A stretch of 64,000 bases of DNA from the human T2T-CHM13v2.0 reference genome, Homo sapiens. Position numbers and translations under genes: made by a program. A model generated the notes under the pieces. The model was given only the letters and a program-made list of their open reading frames with translations, was not told where the DNA came from and made no database searches. Where the stretch lies: the NCBI RefSeq assembly GCF_009914755.1, contig NC_060947.1, one strand, 5' to 3'. The stretch's first letter is position 1. Every line of letters starts with the position of its first letter. Shown piece after piece: positions 1-17,270 of this stretch.

Positions 1-319
1 AGAGGCCCTTGTCTTGGAGCAGACTAGGGTGAGGGCATTCTCATCTTTTTCTTTCAGGAAGCTGTCTTAGTCTTTGGAGAAGAGACTGGGCATGATAGAT
101 GAGAAATGTTAGCAACATCGGCAAGGTGGTGAATGATCCTCAAAAAAATGGCACCCAGACTACCCCCCTGGGGACTGATGCACTTCTGAGAGTGAAAACC
201 TATTGTCTAAAGCATGATTTTTGGTATTCATTAGATCTGGGTGTCTTTAGATAGCACTCATTTGGTAATGGAATTCAGTGTTGGGATGGTAAAATTCATT
301 CAAAAGATAGTAGCAAGCA

Positions 320-1320
320 AGGCAGTGTTAGTTGCTTACCAAAATCCATGTGCTCTTTTCCTTCCCAAGCACACAAGTAGGCTACATTTTCCAGCATGCT
401 TTGCAGGTAGAAGTAGTTATGTAACTTCTAGCCAATGAAATATGAGCAGGATAGCCTGTGAACAATTCCTATATACACTCCTCCATGCTCTTTCTCTTTC
501 TGTCACAGGGTAGACAACCATAGAAACCTTGAGAGTCACATACTGAAGATGACAGAGCCACAGGATAGAAGGAGCCTTGGTTCCTGAATCATGTCTTGGA
601 AGATCTATTATATTAGTTAATGTTCTTCAGAGAAACAGAACCAATAGGATATGTGTGTGTATCTGTGTATGTATGTCGGTGTATATACATATATATGTAT
701 ATATACAAAAATATATATACATATATATGCAAATATATACATATACACATATATACATATGTCTGTCTATATATTTATATATGCACACACATACGTATGT
801 GTTTGGAAGAGATCTATTTATTTGTTTATTTATTGATTGATTTTAAGAAACTGGCTTATGCTTTTGTGGAGGCTGGCAGTCCAAAACCTGCAGAGGTAGG
901 CCAGCAGGCTGGAGACCCAGGAAAGAGTTGATGTTGCAGCTCAAGTATAAGGGCGGTCTGCAGTAGAATTCCCTCTTTCTTGGGGGAAGTCAGTCTTTTT
1001 CTCTTAAGGCTTTCAACTAATTGAGTGAGGCCCACTTATGTTATGGAGCATAATGTGCTTTATTCAAAGTCTCCTGATTTAAATATTAATCTCATTTTAC
1101 AAATACCTTTATAGCAACATCTAGACTAGTATTTGACCAAACATCTGGGCACTTTGATTTAGCCAAGTTGACACATAAAATTAACCATCACAGAAGAAAA
1201 CCACCTGTTGATTAGGGGCAGCTCTTTTAGAACATAGATTTTTGAAAAATGACTTCTATAGCATCTGAGCCATTTTACTTATTCTTGTTATCAGCAGCTA
1301 GCATTACCTTAACTAATAAA
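320..1320 (+). mobile_element. Old MaLR LTR (MLT1J-like), split by an MLT2 LTR
   Basis: MLT1-type motifs (TACATTTTCCAGC...AGCCAATGAAAT; GAAGATGACAGAGCCACAGGATAGAAGGAGCCT) at 320-605, resuming at ~1193-1320 and ending CCTTAACTAATAAA. Confidence 0.55.
609..1191 (-). mobile_element. MLT2 (ERVL) solo LTR with internal TA/TG/CA microsatellite (650-800)
   Basis: CAGAGAAACAGAACCAATAGGA start and CAAGTTGACACATAAAATTAACCATCACA end match the reverse complement of MLT2 termini. Confidence 0.8.
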
Positions 1321-4042
1321 CTACAAAAAACCCATCAATTACTTTTTGTAATTTCAGTTTACTTATTTGCAAACACTTTGGTTTTGCACTGGCTCCCTGA
1401 TGTGTAGGACTAGGAAAGGGGCAATTTTATAATTCTAATAAATAATAATGATGATGATTTGTTGGATCCCACCCTGGGAATGTATTAAACACCTCCGGGG
1501 TGACATTATCTCCTGTGGGTCACCAATAGGCACAAAGAAGCAGTCTGTTACTAATTGGTAGCCTAGTGGTTCCAGGAAGTTAATGCACCTTCTAAAGTGA
1601 TTTGCTCCTATAGAGTAATTGATTTATTGGCATTCCATGTCTTAATGTTTGTGAAGCCCTTGGTGCTAATCAGAATAAACATGCTGAACTAATCTTTACT
1701 AAACTGCCAACAACATTTTACATGCCCCACTTTTAAAGGCAAGGCTTCCAAATTCAGTAATTTACAGTATGTTTTACTGCAGATGAAAGCATTTATTTTT
1801 CTGATGTGAATTGTTGTGAAGGGTAATATTTTCCACAGGAAGGTGATGATATACATAACAAAAACAAATCAGTGACCAAAATGCCTAATTATTTAAAGAC
1901 AAATGTGGAGGCTTAAACAGGAAGATGGTGGATAGGAGGCAGGACTAGCTTGTAGCTCTCACTCAGATGGACAGGGCAGCATGTGGAGATTCACGGTGTG
2001 AACTTTTGCTCCAAGAACTATTGCAGGAATATACCAGGAAAGCCTGAAAAATCCACAGACCCTTTGAAGGAACTGGATCACCACTGCAGGCTCCCTGGGA
2101 CACTAAAAAACTGTGAGTCAGCTTGCTTTCTCAACAGGGAGGCTCGTGATCTGGTGCAAGGTCTCAGCCTTGGTCACCAGCTGCCTGGAAATAGACTCAG
2201 TGCTGTTGGGGAGGGCATGGTGGGAATGAAAATGGCCAGTAGGCCTGTGGGCTGCAAGGGAGCAGGGTGAGGCCTGTGACTGCAGGCTTTCCCCCACTTC
2301 CATGGTGACCTGTATGACTCAGCAGAGACAACCATAATCCCCTTGAGAGTATAATTCCATTGGACTGGGAACCATACCCCTGTCCCCCACAGCAGCTGCA
2401 GCAAGCCCCGCCCAAGAAGAGGCTGAGCTCAGACATGCCTATTCTGGGCCCCCACCTGGTGGTCCTTCTCTACCTACCCTGGTAGGTGAAGACAAAGGTC
2501 ATAATCTCTTCAGAGCTCTATGGCCCTGCCCACCACCCAAGAAACCTGAATACTTAACTAGGTGTCCCTAGGGCATCTTCTCTATAGGACCACAGCTGAT
2601 GCACTCTTGAAAGTGCCACCTCCTGGCTGGAGGCCAACCAACACAAAACCAGCACACTAAACAAAAACACAACCAAGGACCCTCACAGATTCCACCTCGC
2701 TCCCCTGCCAGCTCCACAGGAGCAGGTGCTGATATCCATGGCTGCAAGACCTGAAGACAGATCATATCACAGGACTCTGCAGACACTCCCCAGTACCAGC
2801 CTGGAGCCTGGTAGCTCCACTGGGTGGCTAGACTCAGAAGAGCAAAAACGATCACTACAGCTCAGCTCTCAGGAAGCCCCATTCCTAGGGGAAGGGGGAG
2901 AACACCACATCAAGGGAACACCCCATGGGACAGAAGAATCTGAACAGCAGCCCTTGAATCCCAAATCTTCCCTCTGACATAGTCTACCCAAATCAGAAGG
3001 AATCAGAAAAAATAATTCTGGTAATATGATGAAACAAGGTTATTTAACACCCCCAAAAGATCATACCAGCTCACCAGCAATGGATCCAAACCAAGATGAA
3101 ATCTCTGAATTACCAGAAAAAGAATTCAGAAAGCCGATTATTAAGCTAATCAAAGAGGCACCAGGGAAAGGTGAAGTCCAACTTAAATAAATCAAAAACA
3201 TGATATAGGATATGAAAGCAAAATTCTTGAGTGAAATAGATAGCAGAAGTAAAAAAAAATCACAACTTCTGGAAATCAAGGATACTCTTAGAGAAATATA
3301 AAATAAATTGGAAAGTCTCAGCAATAGAATTGAACAAGCAGAAGAAAGAACCTCAGAGCTTGAAGACAAGGCTTTTGAATAAATCCAATCTGTCAAAGAC
3401 AAAGAAAAAAGAATAAAAAGAAATGAACAAAGCCTCCAAGAAGTTTGGGACTATGTTAAACATCCAAACCTAGGAATAATTGGTGTTCCTAAGGAAGAAG
3501 AGAAATCTAAAAGTTTGGAAAACGTATTTGAGGGAATAATAGAAGAAAACTTCCCTGGCCTTGCTAGAGATCTAGATATCCAAATACAAGAAGCTCAAAG
3601 AAGACCTGGGAAATTCATCACAAAATGATCATTGCCTAGGCACATAGTCATCAGGTTATCTAAAATCAAGACCAAGGAAAGAATCTTAAGAGCTGTGAGG
3701 CAAAAGCATCAGGTAACCTAAAAAGGAAAACCTATTATCAGATTAACAGCAGATTTCTCAGCAGAAACTCTGCAAGCTAGAGGCCATTGAGGACCTACTT
3801 TTAGCCTCCTTAAACAAAACAATTATTAGCCAAGAATTTTGTATCCAGTGAAACTAAGCTTCATAAATGAAGGAAAGATACAGTCTTTTCCAGACAAACA
3901 AATGCTGAGAGAATTTGCCACTACCAAGCCAGCACGACAAGAACTGCTGAAACGAGCTCTAAATCTTGAAACAAATCCTTAAAATACACCAACATAGAAC
4001 CTCCTTAAAGCATAAATTTCATAGGACCTATATAACAATAAC

Positions 4043-4111
4043 ACTATACTGTACTGTACTATACTATACTATACTATACTATACTATACTATACTATACT
4101 ATGCTGTACTA
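4043..4111. repeat. (ACTAT)n pentanucleotide microsatellite in the L1 inter-ORF region
   Basis: Direct reading: ACTATACTGTACTGTACTATACTATACT... Confidence 0.9.
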
Positions 4112-4155
4112 TATAAAACAAAAAACACAAGGTATTCAGGCAAAAAAATAGCACA

Positions 4156-7100
4156 GTGAATAGAATAGCACCTCACATCTCAATACTAACATTGAATGTA
4201 AATGGCCTAAATGCTCCACTTAAAAGCTATGGAGAGGCAGAATGGATAAGAATTCACCAACCAAGTTTCTGCTGTCTTCAGGAGACTCATCTAACACAAA
4301 AGGACTCACATAAACTTAAGGTAAAGGGGTAGAAAGGATTTTCCATGCAAATGGACACTAAAAGCAAGCAGGAGTAGCTATTCTTATATCAGAAAAAAAA
4401 AAACAAACCTTAAAGCAACAGAAGTTAAAAAAGACAAAGAAGGACATTATATAATGATAAAAGGACTAGTCCAACAGGAAAATATCACAATCCTAAACAT
4501 ATATGCACCTAACACTGGAGCTCCTAAATTTATAAAACAATTACTACTAGATGTAAGAAATGAGATAGATGTCAACACAATAATAGTGGGGGACTTTAAT
4601 ACTCCACTGACAGCACTAGACAGGTCATCAGGACAGAAAGTCAACAAAGAAACAATGGACTATACCCTACAACAAATGGACCTAACAGATATTTATAAAA
4701 CATTCTACCCAACAACTGCAGAATATACGTTCTATTCATCAGCACATGGAACATTCTCCAAGATAGACCATATGATAGGCCACAAAACAAGTCTCAGTAA
4801 ATTTAAGAAAATTGAAATTATATCAAGTACTCTCTCAGACCACAGTGAAATAAAATTGGAAATCAACTCCAAAAAGAACCCTCAGAACCAGGCAAATAAT
4901 GGAAATTAAATAGCCTGCTCCTGAATGATTGTTGGGTCAACAATGAAATCAAGAAGGAAATTTAAAAATTATTTGAATGGAATGATAATAGTGACACAAC
5001 CTATCAAAACCTCTGGGATACAGCAAAAGTGGTGCAAAGAGAAAATTTCATAGCAATAAACACCTACATCAAAAAATCTGAAAGAGCACACGTAGACAAT
5101 CTAAGGTCACACCTCACAGAACTGGAGAAACAAGGACAATCCAAACCCAAACCCAGCAGAACAAATGAGATAACAAAGATCAGAGCAGAACTAAATGAAA
5201 TTCAAACAAAAAAAATACAAAAGGTAAATGAAACAAAAGCTAGTTCTTTGAAAAGATAAATAAAATTGACAGACCATTAGCAAGATTAACCAAGAAAAGA
5301 AGAGAGAACATCCAAATAAGCTCAATTAGAAAAGAAATGAGAGATATTACAACTGATACCACAGAAATACAAAAGATTATTCAAGGTTACTATGAGCACC
5401 TTTACATGCATAAACTAGAAAACCTAGAAGAGATGAATAAATTCCTGGAAATATACAACCCTCGTAGATTAAATCAGGAAGATATAGAATCTCTGAACAG
5501 ACCAGTAACAAGCAGTGAGATAGAAATGGTAATTTAAAAAATGCCAACAACAACAAAAAAGTCAAGGACCAGACAGATTCACCACTGAATTCTATCAGAC
5601 ATTCAAAGAAGAATTGGTACCAATCCTATTGACACTATTCCAAAACAGAGAAAGAGGGAATCCTCCCTAAATCATTCTATGAAGCTAGCATCACCCTAAT
5701 ACCAAAACCAGGGAAGGACATAACAAAAAAAGAAACTACAGACCAATATCCCTGATGAACATAGATGCAAAAATCCTCAACAAAATACCAGTGAACCAAA
5801 TCCAACAGCATATCAAAAAGATTAGCCACCATGATCAAGTGGGTTTCATACCAGGGATGCAGGGATGGCTTAACATACTTAAGCCAATAAATGTGATACA
5901 CCACATAAATAGAATTAAAAACAAAAATCACATGATCATCTCAATAGATGCCGAAAAAGCATTTGACAAAATCCAGCACCCTTTATGATTAAAACCTTCA
6001 GCAAAATCAGCATAGAAGGAACATAGCCTAAGGTAATAAAAGCCATCTATGACAAACCCACAGCCAACATTATACTGAATGGGGAAAAGTTGAAAGCATT
6101 CCCCCTGAGAAATGGGACAAGACAAGGATGCCCACTCTAACCACTTCTGTTCAACATAGTACTGGAATTCCTAGCCAGAACAATCAGACAAGAGAAAGAA
6201 GTAAAATGCATCCAATGGTAAAAAGGAAGTCAAACTGTCGCTGTTTGCTGATTACATGATCATATACCTAGAGGACTCATCCAAAAAGCTCCTACAATGG
6301 GTAAGCGAATTCAGCAAAGTTTCAGGATACAAAATTAATGTACAGAAATCAGTAGCTCTGCTATACACCAACAGCGACCAGGCTGAGAATCAAATCAAGA
6401 ACTCAACCTCTTTCACAATAACTGCAAAACAAAAATAAAATAAAATACTTATGAATATACCTAACGAAGGATGTGAAAGACCTCTACAAGAAAAACTACA
6501 AAACACTGCTGAAAGAAATCATAGACGACACAAACAAATGAAAACACATCCCATGCTCATGGATGGGTAGAATCAATATTGTGAAAATGATCATACTGCC
6601 AAAAGCAATCTACAAATTCAATGCAATTCTCAGCAAAATATCACCATCATTCTTCAGAGAACTAGATTAAACAATTCTAAAATTCAGATGGAACCAAAAA
6701 AGAGCGTGCATAGCCAAAGCAAGACTAAGCAAAAAGAAAAAATCTGGAGGCATCACATTACTCAACTTCAAACCATCCTATAAGGCCATAGTCACCAAAA
6801 CAGCATGGTACTGCTATAAAAATTGGCACATAGACCAATGGAAAAGAATAGAGAATCCAGAAATAAACCCACTTACAGCCAACTGATCTTCAACAAAGCA
6901 AACAAAAACATAAATTGGGGGAAAGGACACCCTATTCATCAAATGGTGCAGGGATAATTGGCAAGACACATGTAGAAGAATAGAACTGGAACCTCATCTC
7001 TCACCTTATAAAAAATCAACTCAAGATGGATCAGAGACTTAAATCTAAGGCCTGAAACCATAAGGATTCTAGAAGATGATATCAGAAAAACCTGTCTAGA

Positions 7101-8030
7101 CATTGGCTTAGGCAAAGAATTCATGACCAAGAGCCCAAAAGCAAATGTAACAAAAAGATAAATAGATGTGACTTAATTAAACTAAAAAGCTTCTGCACAG
7201 CAAAAGAAATAATCAGCAGAGTAAACAGAAAACCCATAGAGTGGGAGAAAATCTTCGCAATCTATACATCTGACAAAGGACTAATATCCAGAATCTACAA
7301 GGTACTCAAACAAATTAACAAGAAAAAAACGGACGATCCCATCAAAAAGTGGGCTAAGGACATGAACAGACAATTCTCAAAAGAAGATATACAAGTGGCC
7401 ATCAAACATATGAAAAAATGCTCAACATCATTAATGATCAGGGAAATGCAAATCAAAATCAAAATGCTATACCAGCTCACTCCTGTAAGAATGGCTATAA
7501 CAAAAAAATCAAAAAACAATAGATGTTGGCATGGATGCAGTGAAAAGGGAACACTTCTACACTGCTGATGGGAATGTAAACTGGTACAACCACTATGGAA
7601 AACAGTATGGAGCTTCCTTAAAGAATTAAAAGCAGATCTACCATTTGATCCAGCAATCTCACCACTAGGTATCTACCCAGAAGAAAATAAGTCATTATAC
7701 GAAAAAGATGCTTGCACATGCATGTTTATAGCAGCATAATTTGCAATTGCAAAAGCATGGAGTCAGCCCAAATGCCCATCAATCAATGAGTAGGTAAAGA
7801 AAATATGATATATATGGTATATGAAAATATTATATATATCTATATCTATATATATATATACACACACACACATACACACACACACCATGGAATACTACTC
7901 AGCCATAAAAAGGAACGAAATAATAGCATTCACAGCAACCTGGATGGAATTGGAGACTATTATTCTAAGTGAAGTAACTCAGGAATGAAAAACCAAACAT
8001 TGTATGTTCTCATTCATATACGGGAGCAAA
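4156..8030 (+). pseudogene. Disrupted L1 ORF2 (endonuclease/RT) of the L1PB1 copy
   Basis: Starts HISILTLNVNGLNAP; ORF fragments [30 protein letters not shown]; many stops and frameshifts. Confidence 0.9.
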
Positions 8031-8866
8031 GCTATGAGGACACAAAGGCATACGAATGATACATTGGACTTTGGGGACTCAGGGAAAGGATGGGGGGTGG
8101 CAAGGAATCAAAGACTATACATTGGGTACAGCGTACACTGCTCAGGTGATGGGTGCACCAAAATCTCAGAAATCACCACTAAAGAACGTATTCATGTAAC
8201 CAAACACCTCCTGTTCCCCAAAAACCAACTGAAATGAAAAAATAAAAATGGAAAAAATAAAGAGAAATGCAGGGACATAAGAGAAGGGATAAGGGCTTAA
8301 GACAGATATCATATTTGTAAAACTGTGTTATTTTCTATTGTCTGCTTTGTGCAGGGCTGTGATGATAACACTGCAGTTTTACATCATTTAAATTTTCAAC
8401 TCAACTCCTTAGACAGAGGCTTCCTCCAAACCATTCAGTGTGCTGTTAAGATTGCACAAAGATTTCCATAGTGACATGGTAACCATTACTTGCCACCCAC
8501 TGAATACATGTGAACACATGTTAATCCTGAGATAATTTCTTTCTTTTCTTTTTCTCAGCCTGTTGGGTAAGGTTTCACTCCTGGGCCTGGCGGTTACATT
8601 GGTCTCATAAGTAGAAATGCAGAAATTGAAGGCAGATGGACATAGAGCTCCCTTTCCTGGTGGGAGAAGTCACTTAAATAATAGGTTGATTGAAAGTTTT
8701 TCTTTCCTCTGGTGTCTGTGGAGGCAGAAATAGAAAAGCCAACTTCACATTCCTCTTCTAGCCCAAAAAGACAATAACCAAAGCACTGTGGTCAAAACTA
8801 GTGATACATTAAAAGTAATTATTTTTCCAAGTTGGTGACCTCACAGAGAGAGGTTATAATATAGTG

Positions 8867-9051
8867 TGTAGTTCTCAAAGTTGGTTCTTGGACCGGCACC
8901 ATCGCCATCACTTGGGAACTGATTAGAAATGCAAGTTCTTGGGCCACATCCTGGATTTACTGAATCAGAAACTCCAGGAGTGGGGTCTGGCAATCTGTGT
9001 TTTAGCAAGCTGACAAGGGATTCTGATGCCTGCCTAAATTTGAGAACTAGA
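8867..9051. mobile_element. MER5A (hAT-Charlie non-autonomous)
   Basis: TIR-like GTTCTCAAA...TTTGAGAAC ends; core TTAGAAATGCA...ACTGAATCAGAAACT. Confidence 0.85.
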
Positions 9052-9149
9052 CTTTTTACTTCAATGAATATGGGTTGGAATGCAGCTCCATCACTTAATA
9101 CATGTATGATGGTTTTGAACAAGTTACTCCCTCTCCTCACCCCCTTTTT

Positions 9150-11860
9150 ATTTTTTGTATGGCATTTTAAAACTGCACATAGTAAAATTCCAAACCACAT
9201 TAAATATCTTATTGAAAAATAAAAATTACCTTTCCCCCTGCTACAAGTCCCAGCCCTTCTCCCTAGAGGTAAACACTTTGAACAGATTCCTTTTTAAAAG
9301 TGTTTTTCTGGTGTTAAATAGTATTATCTTAAATAATAAGCATGTAATTGCATTCCTTGATTTATTAGCCTGATATGTAGTCTGTTACTGTCCCACTCTG
9401 AAAGGTGAGGAATTTGGTTCATACCAGTTGATATCACCTGATTTTGTTAAATTCTTGTTTTTACATAATCTAGATTTACACAATTTTATTTTGTAACTAT
9501 AATTGTCTTTGGCTTTGTTTTTAGATTAATTTTAAGATATTAAAACAAAATAGCACTTGCAGTATTAGGTTTATGTGACTATTTTTCACTACAGGGAGTT
9601 CCTCCTATAGAAATGTCCATGCTACCAAACTTGAGAGGATTTTACAAACATAAATTTCAGTGCTTCTTTCAGGTTATAGTCAATTGCCATTGCTTCTTCT
9701 ATCTCAAGTTTTCGTGTATAATATTCTTTTTTTTTTTTTGCTAGAATAACTTTTGTAAAGCACTTTTCATACAGATGTATGCAAATTATCTGCGTTTTTG
9801 TGTGTCTGAAAATGTATTTTGTTCTTACACTTGTAGTATGGCTAAGCATAAATTATAGGTTCCTAATCAGTTTCCCTCAGTATTTTAAATGCATAATTCC
9901 TGTTTCTTAAAGTTATTTTAATTTCTTCTTTATTCTTGGAGTTCTGAAATTATGATAATTCATTTCTCTCACTACTGTTTCTGCCACCCAATTCCTGTCC
10001 CAGAGGTAACTGCTACCCCTCTCATATGTATGCTTACAGAGTTATTTTATATACTAGTAAACACACACGTATCTTCTATATTCTTCCCCCCTTTTAATTT
10101 TTTTTTTTTTTTACAAATGGTAGTGTGCTTTCTTTTACTTAACATTATGTTTTGATGATTTTTTCAGATCACCACCTAAACGACTTCCACATTATTTTTA
10201 TAGCTGTATAGTGTTGCTTTGTATGGATGTATCTTTATTTATTTAACCCATGCCTCTTTGAATGTTTTGAGTGTTTCCAATCATTTGTAATCACAAAAAA
10301 TGCCACAGTAAATAAAGGAGTATAAATATCCGTAGGATAAATTCCCCAAAGTCATGCTGTTGGCTCAGTAGGAATGCAAATTTGTAATTTTGATTAATAT
10401 TTCCAGGCTACCTCCATGAAAGTTTACCAGTTCATACTCTCAGCAGCAACATTATGAGAGAATGACTTTCTTCTCATCACTCCAATAGACCATGTTATCA
10501 AACTTCTCAGTATCACCAATCTGATAGAAGAACTAGTATACATTAGCATAATTTTGCTATACTTTTCTTTCATTATGAGTGAGGCTGAGTCTTTAAAATA
10601 TGTTTAACAGCCACTTCTATTTCCTTTTCTGTGAACTGTATGTTGATATTCTTTCCTATTTTTCTATTGGTTTCTTTTTTTTTTGGTCTTGTTTTGTAGG
10701 AAATTTCTACATTTTAAAGAAATTAGCATTTTACGGTATGAATTGCAGACAGTTTCCCAAGTTGATATTTGTCTTTTGGCTTTGCTTGTGGTGGTTTTTG
10801 CTAAGCAGACTTCAAACAAAAAATTAGGTTATAGATTTTCCCAGTATTTTCTCTTATGGCTTCAGGATTTTTAATAATTAGAAAGACCACCCTCTCCCTA
10901 AAATTATGAAGGTATTCCATTAATTTTCAGTTTTATTTAATTTTAAAATGAACTTTTTTTTCAAGTTGGAATTTATTTTGGTATAAGATGTGATGTGTCT
11001 GTCCAATTTTATTGTTTAGATGGCTACCTCATTGTCTAACTAAAATTAAGAACAGTCCCTCTCTTCCCCATGGTTATAAACTATCACCTTTATCTAAAAG
11101 AAATGTTCATATGCAGTTGGTCTACTTCTATTGTGCCCCATTGATCATTTAAATGGTTTTAATCTCTATAACATCTTTTAATGTCCAGTAATGCTAGCTC
11201 CTTCTTATTTGTGTCTATTTTCTGAGGTTTATATATACAATTTTGCCTTATTCTTTTCCAGATAAACTTTAGACTCTGCTTGTGAGATGCAAACAAAATT
11301 TCTGTTGTTATTCTTAATGAGATCACATTACTTGGGGACACTTGACATTTTTATGATAACCAACCTACTAATCATAGAATATGGTTTGTCTTTCCATTTT
11401 TCGAACTTTCTTTTGCACTTTCTACTGACATTTGAAAGTTTTCTATTACAACTTTGTTATGTTTATTTCTAGGTATTTTGCATGTGTGTAAGACTACCTT
11501 AAATTGTGGTATTTTTTCATTTATTCTAATTGGTTATGGTTTGTAAATGGGATGACTATTTGTATACATTAATTTTAGACCTAGTCACATGTTTGCATTC
11601 TACTATTATTTATAAGTGTTTTTCAGTTGATTCTTTCCTATTTCAGAAATGTATCCAGAAACCAGCTGCAAATGATGGTAATATTAAGCATTTTCCAATT
11701 TTTATAGGTTTAATTTAACTTTCTCATCTGTTTTTGTTCTGCCAGTGCTCCAGAGCAATGGTAAATAATTGTAGGAATAGTAGACACTCTGGCTTTGTTT
11801 CAGACTTTAATGACAATGTTTCCAGTTCTCCATTATGTGGGATAGATATATTTGACCTTG
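9150..11860 (-). mobile_element. Ancient L1M (L1ME/MC-like) remnant, continuing in pieces to ~16100
   Basis: Decayed antisense L1 3'UTR/ORF2 (minus ORF with LKFIWK); T-rich plus strand; resumes after later insertions at ~14810 and ~15260. Confidence 0.65.
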
Positions 11861-11876
11861 ACTTTTAAAAATTCTT

Positions 11877-14646
<2,770 letters not shown>

Positions 14647-14659
14647 AAAATTCTTGATG

Positions 14660-14800
14660 AAAGTTCTGGAGATGGATGGCGGTGATGGCTGCACAACATG
14701 TGAACGTGCTTATGTCACTGAAGTGTACACTTAAAAATGGTTAAAATGGTAAATTTCATATCATGTATATTTTATCACAATAAAAAAGTAGCCAAGAAAA
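14660..14800 (+). mobile_element. Short L1MB-type 3' end stub
   Basis: GTTCTGGAGATGGATGG...CACTTAAAAATGGTTAAAATGGTAAATTT...CACAATAAAAAA; flanked by ATTCTTGATG at 14650 and 14806. Confidence 0.8.
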
Positions 14801-14889
14801 AAATAATTCTTGATGGAGGTTGACTTTCACCAAATGTCTTTTCAGCACCTATACAGAAGACAATATGACATTTTCCTTATTTTTTTTAA

Positions 14890-15169
14890 CAAGAGGCAAT
14901 ATAGCAATGTGGAGAAGTGCACAGGCTCTGAGCTGCCTTGCCTATGTTCAAATCCTAGCTTTGTTACTCTTTAGCTCTCTCACCTTGAGGAGGTCACTTG
15001 AGGTTCTTATGCCTCCGTCTCCTTCTCTGTAACTCACAATAATAATAGTGCCTATCTCATAGATCTTCACTGAGGATTAAATGAATTTATATATATATGT
15101 ATATATATGTGTGCATATATATTATACATATTATGTATATATACAAATATAAATTAAATATATATATAT

Positions 15170-15207
<38 letters not shown>

Positions 15208-15250
15208 TACTTAGAACAAAAACCAGCACATAGGAAGTATTATATGAGTT
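14890..15250 (+). mobile_element. MIR interrupted by (TA)n/(GA)n microsatellite (15085-15207)
   Basis: GTTCAAATCCTAGC core, GAGGATTAAATGA, then simple repeats and MIR tail. Confidence 0.7.
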
Positions 15251-15661
15251 AATATGATAGATTATTTTAATAGATTTTCCACATCCCAAGTATAAAACCT
15301 TCATTGGCAATGGAGAATTGTCCTGCTGAATGTCATATATCTATATTTCATTTAGAATTTTTCATTACTAAATCATATGTGATATTAGTATCTAGTTTTC
15401 TTTCTTGTGTAATCTTTGATTGGCTTTGATATCAACATTGGCTTAGTTTATAAAAAGAATATGGGAAGTTTTCTTGCTTTTTTATGCAGTGAGGTGTTTA
15501 AATCGTGTTTAAGTTATCTGTTCTTTAGATGTGTTATTCCTCCGTAAAGTCAACTAAGCCTAGTGCTTAGCTGACAACTTCTCAATTTTTTCTACTTAGA
15601 TTTTCTATAATTCCTGGTGTCAGTTTGGAGTAAATAATATTTTCTTTGAAAATCATTCCTG

Positions 15662-15971
<310 letters not shown>

Positions 15972-16249
15972 TCACGTGTACTTTTGGGCCTTGGTCAGGT
16001 GGCCTGGTCTGTGGGGAACTCTCCCTTTGCCAAATGAGGGGAGATTTACTTGGTTAGTGGAGTGATTTATTTATTTTCCTGCTGGAAGGCAATGCCTTGG
16101 TTGGGTTTATTTTCTCCACATCTGTTTTGGGAATCTGGATTTCTCTCATACTCTATTTTGCTTTTCTCTTAGACCTCTATACCCAAATCAGGGGCTCAGG
16201 ACAGACAGGGTGTTCCTTTATTCAGACTTCAGTTCTTAGTGTTGGCTGG

Positions 16250-16622
16250 TGATATGGTTTGGCTCTGTGTCCCCACCCAAATCTCATCTTGAATTGTAAC
16301 TCCCACAGTTCCCATGTACCGTGGGAGGGACCCAGTGGGAAGTATTTGAATCATGGAGGCAGTTCTTTCTCATGCTGTTCTCGCAATAGTTAATAAGTCT
16401 CATGAGATCTGTTGGTTTTAAAAAGAGAAGTTCCCCTGCACAAACTCTCTCTTTTTGCCTGCTGCCATCCATGTACAATGTGACTTGCTCCTCCTTGCCT
16501 TCCACCATGATTGTGAGGCCTCCCCAGCCACGTGGAAATGTAAGTCAATTAAACCTGTTTCTTTTGTAAATTGCCCAGTCTCGGGTATGTCTTTGTCAGC
16601 AGTGTGAAAACTGACTAATACT
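16250..16622 (+). mobile_element. THE1 (MaLR) solo LTR
   Basis: TGATATGGTTTGGCTCTGTGTCCCCACCCAAATCTC...GACTAATAC; 5-bp TSD GCTGG. Confidence 0.92.
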
Positions 16623-17014
16623 GCTGGCTAGGTGTCAGAAGTCTCTGAGGTCTCTTCCCTGTGTTGTCCACATTCTGGAGGGCACCCAGCCTGGCCTGGC
16701 TGTTCTGAATGCAGCACCATCATTGACTAGCTCTGTTCTTACTTCTTGGCCCATGCCTGCTCTTTGTGGGTGCTCCCTCTGTGTTTGAGTTCCTCTGGCT
16801 CTCTCTTGTAAAGAGCTACTTCTAGCCCTAGTGTTTTGGGCTATGGCTATCCCTGCTTAGTTTTCTCCCTTTGTCTGTTTCTAACTGATTTAAATTTTCT
16901 AGCATTTCCTCAGAGTTTCTGGGCTGCTTTTGGTTTCTTCTCTTGTTTGTATCACAGGTATGCCTTCCTCCTTGAAATACATCCATTTTCCTGTTATCTT
17001 CAGGATAACAGGCC

Positions 17015-17270
17015 ATAATAATTATAGCTAACACTTACAATATGCTGCTTATCCTTCTAAGCCTTAGCAGTCTTAGCCTTCCAAGTGCTTGGATAGGCAT
17101 TAACTAATTTAAACCTCACAAAACCCTGTGAGGGAGAAATTATTGTTATCTCTATTTTATAGATGAATAAACTGATGTAGGGAAAGAGTAAGCAAATAGC
17201 TGGGAAATTGTACTATGAACTTGGGCATTTGAGCACCTAAGTCCCTACTTTTAGCCACCATGCTGTACTG
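17015..17270 (-). mobile_element. MIR
   Basis: AAACCTCACAAAACCCTGTGAG...ATTTTATAGATGAATAAACTGA antisense MIR core. Confidence 0.7.

Larger units (their letters stand above)
1910..8258 (+). mobile_element. Full-length decayed LINE-1, L1PB1-like
   Basis: 5'UTR, ORF1 remnant (~3.0-4.0 kb), ORF2 fragments, L1PB1-type 3'UTR (GATGGGTGCACCAAAATCTCAGAAATCACCACTAAAGAA), A-rich tail; degenerate TSD AAAGACAAATGTGG (1895) / AAAGAGAAATGCAG (8259). Confidence 0.9.

Noticed and set aside
577-931. Ile/Tyr-rich ORFs (also 29295-29695 and 58098-58436)
   Set aside because: Translations of microsatellite or low-complexity tracts
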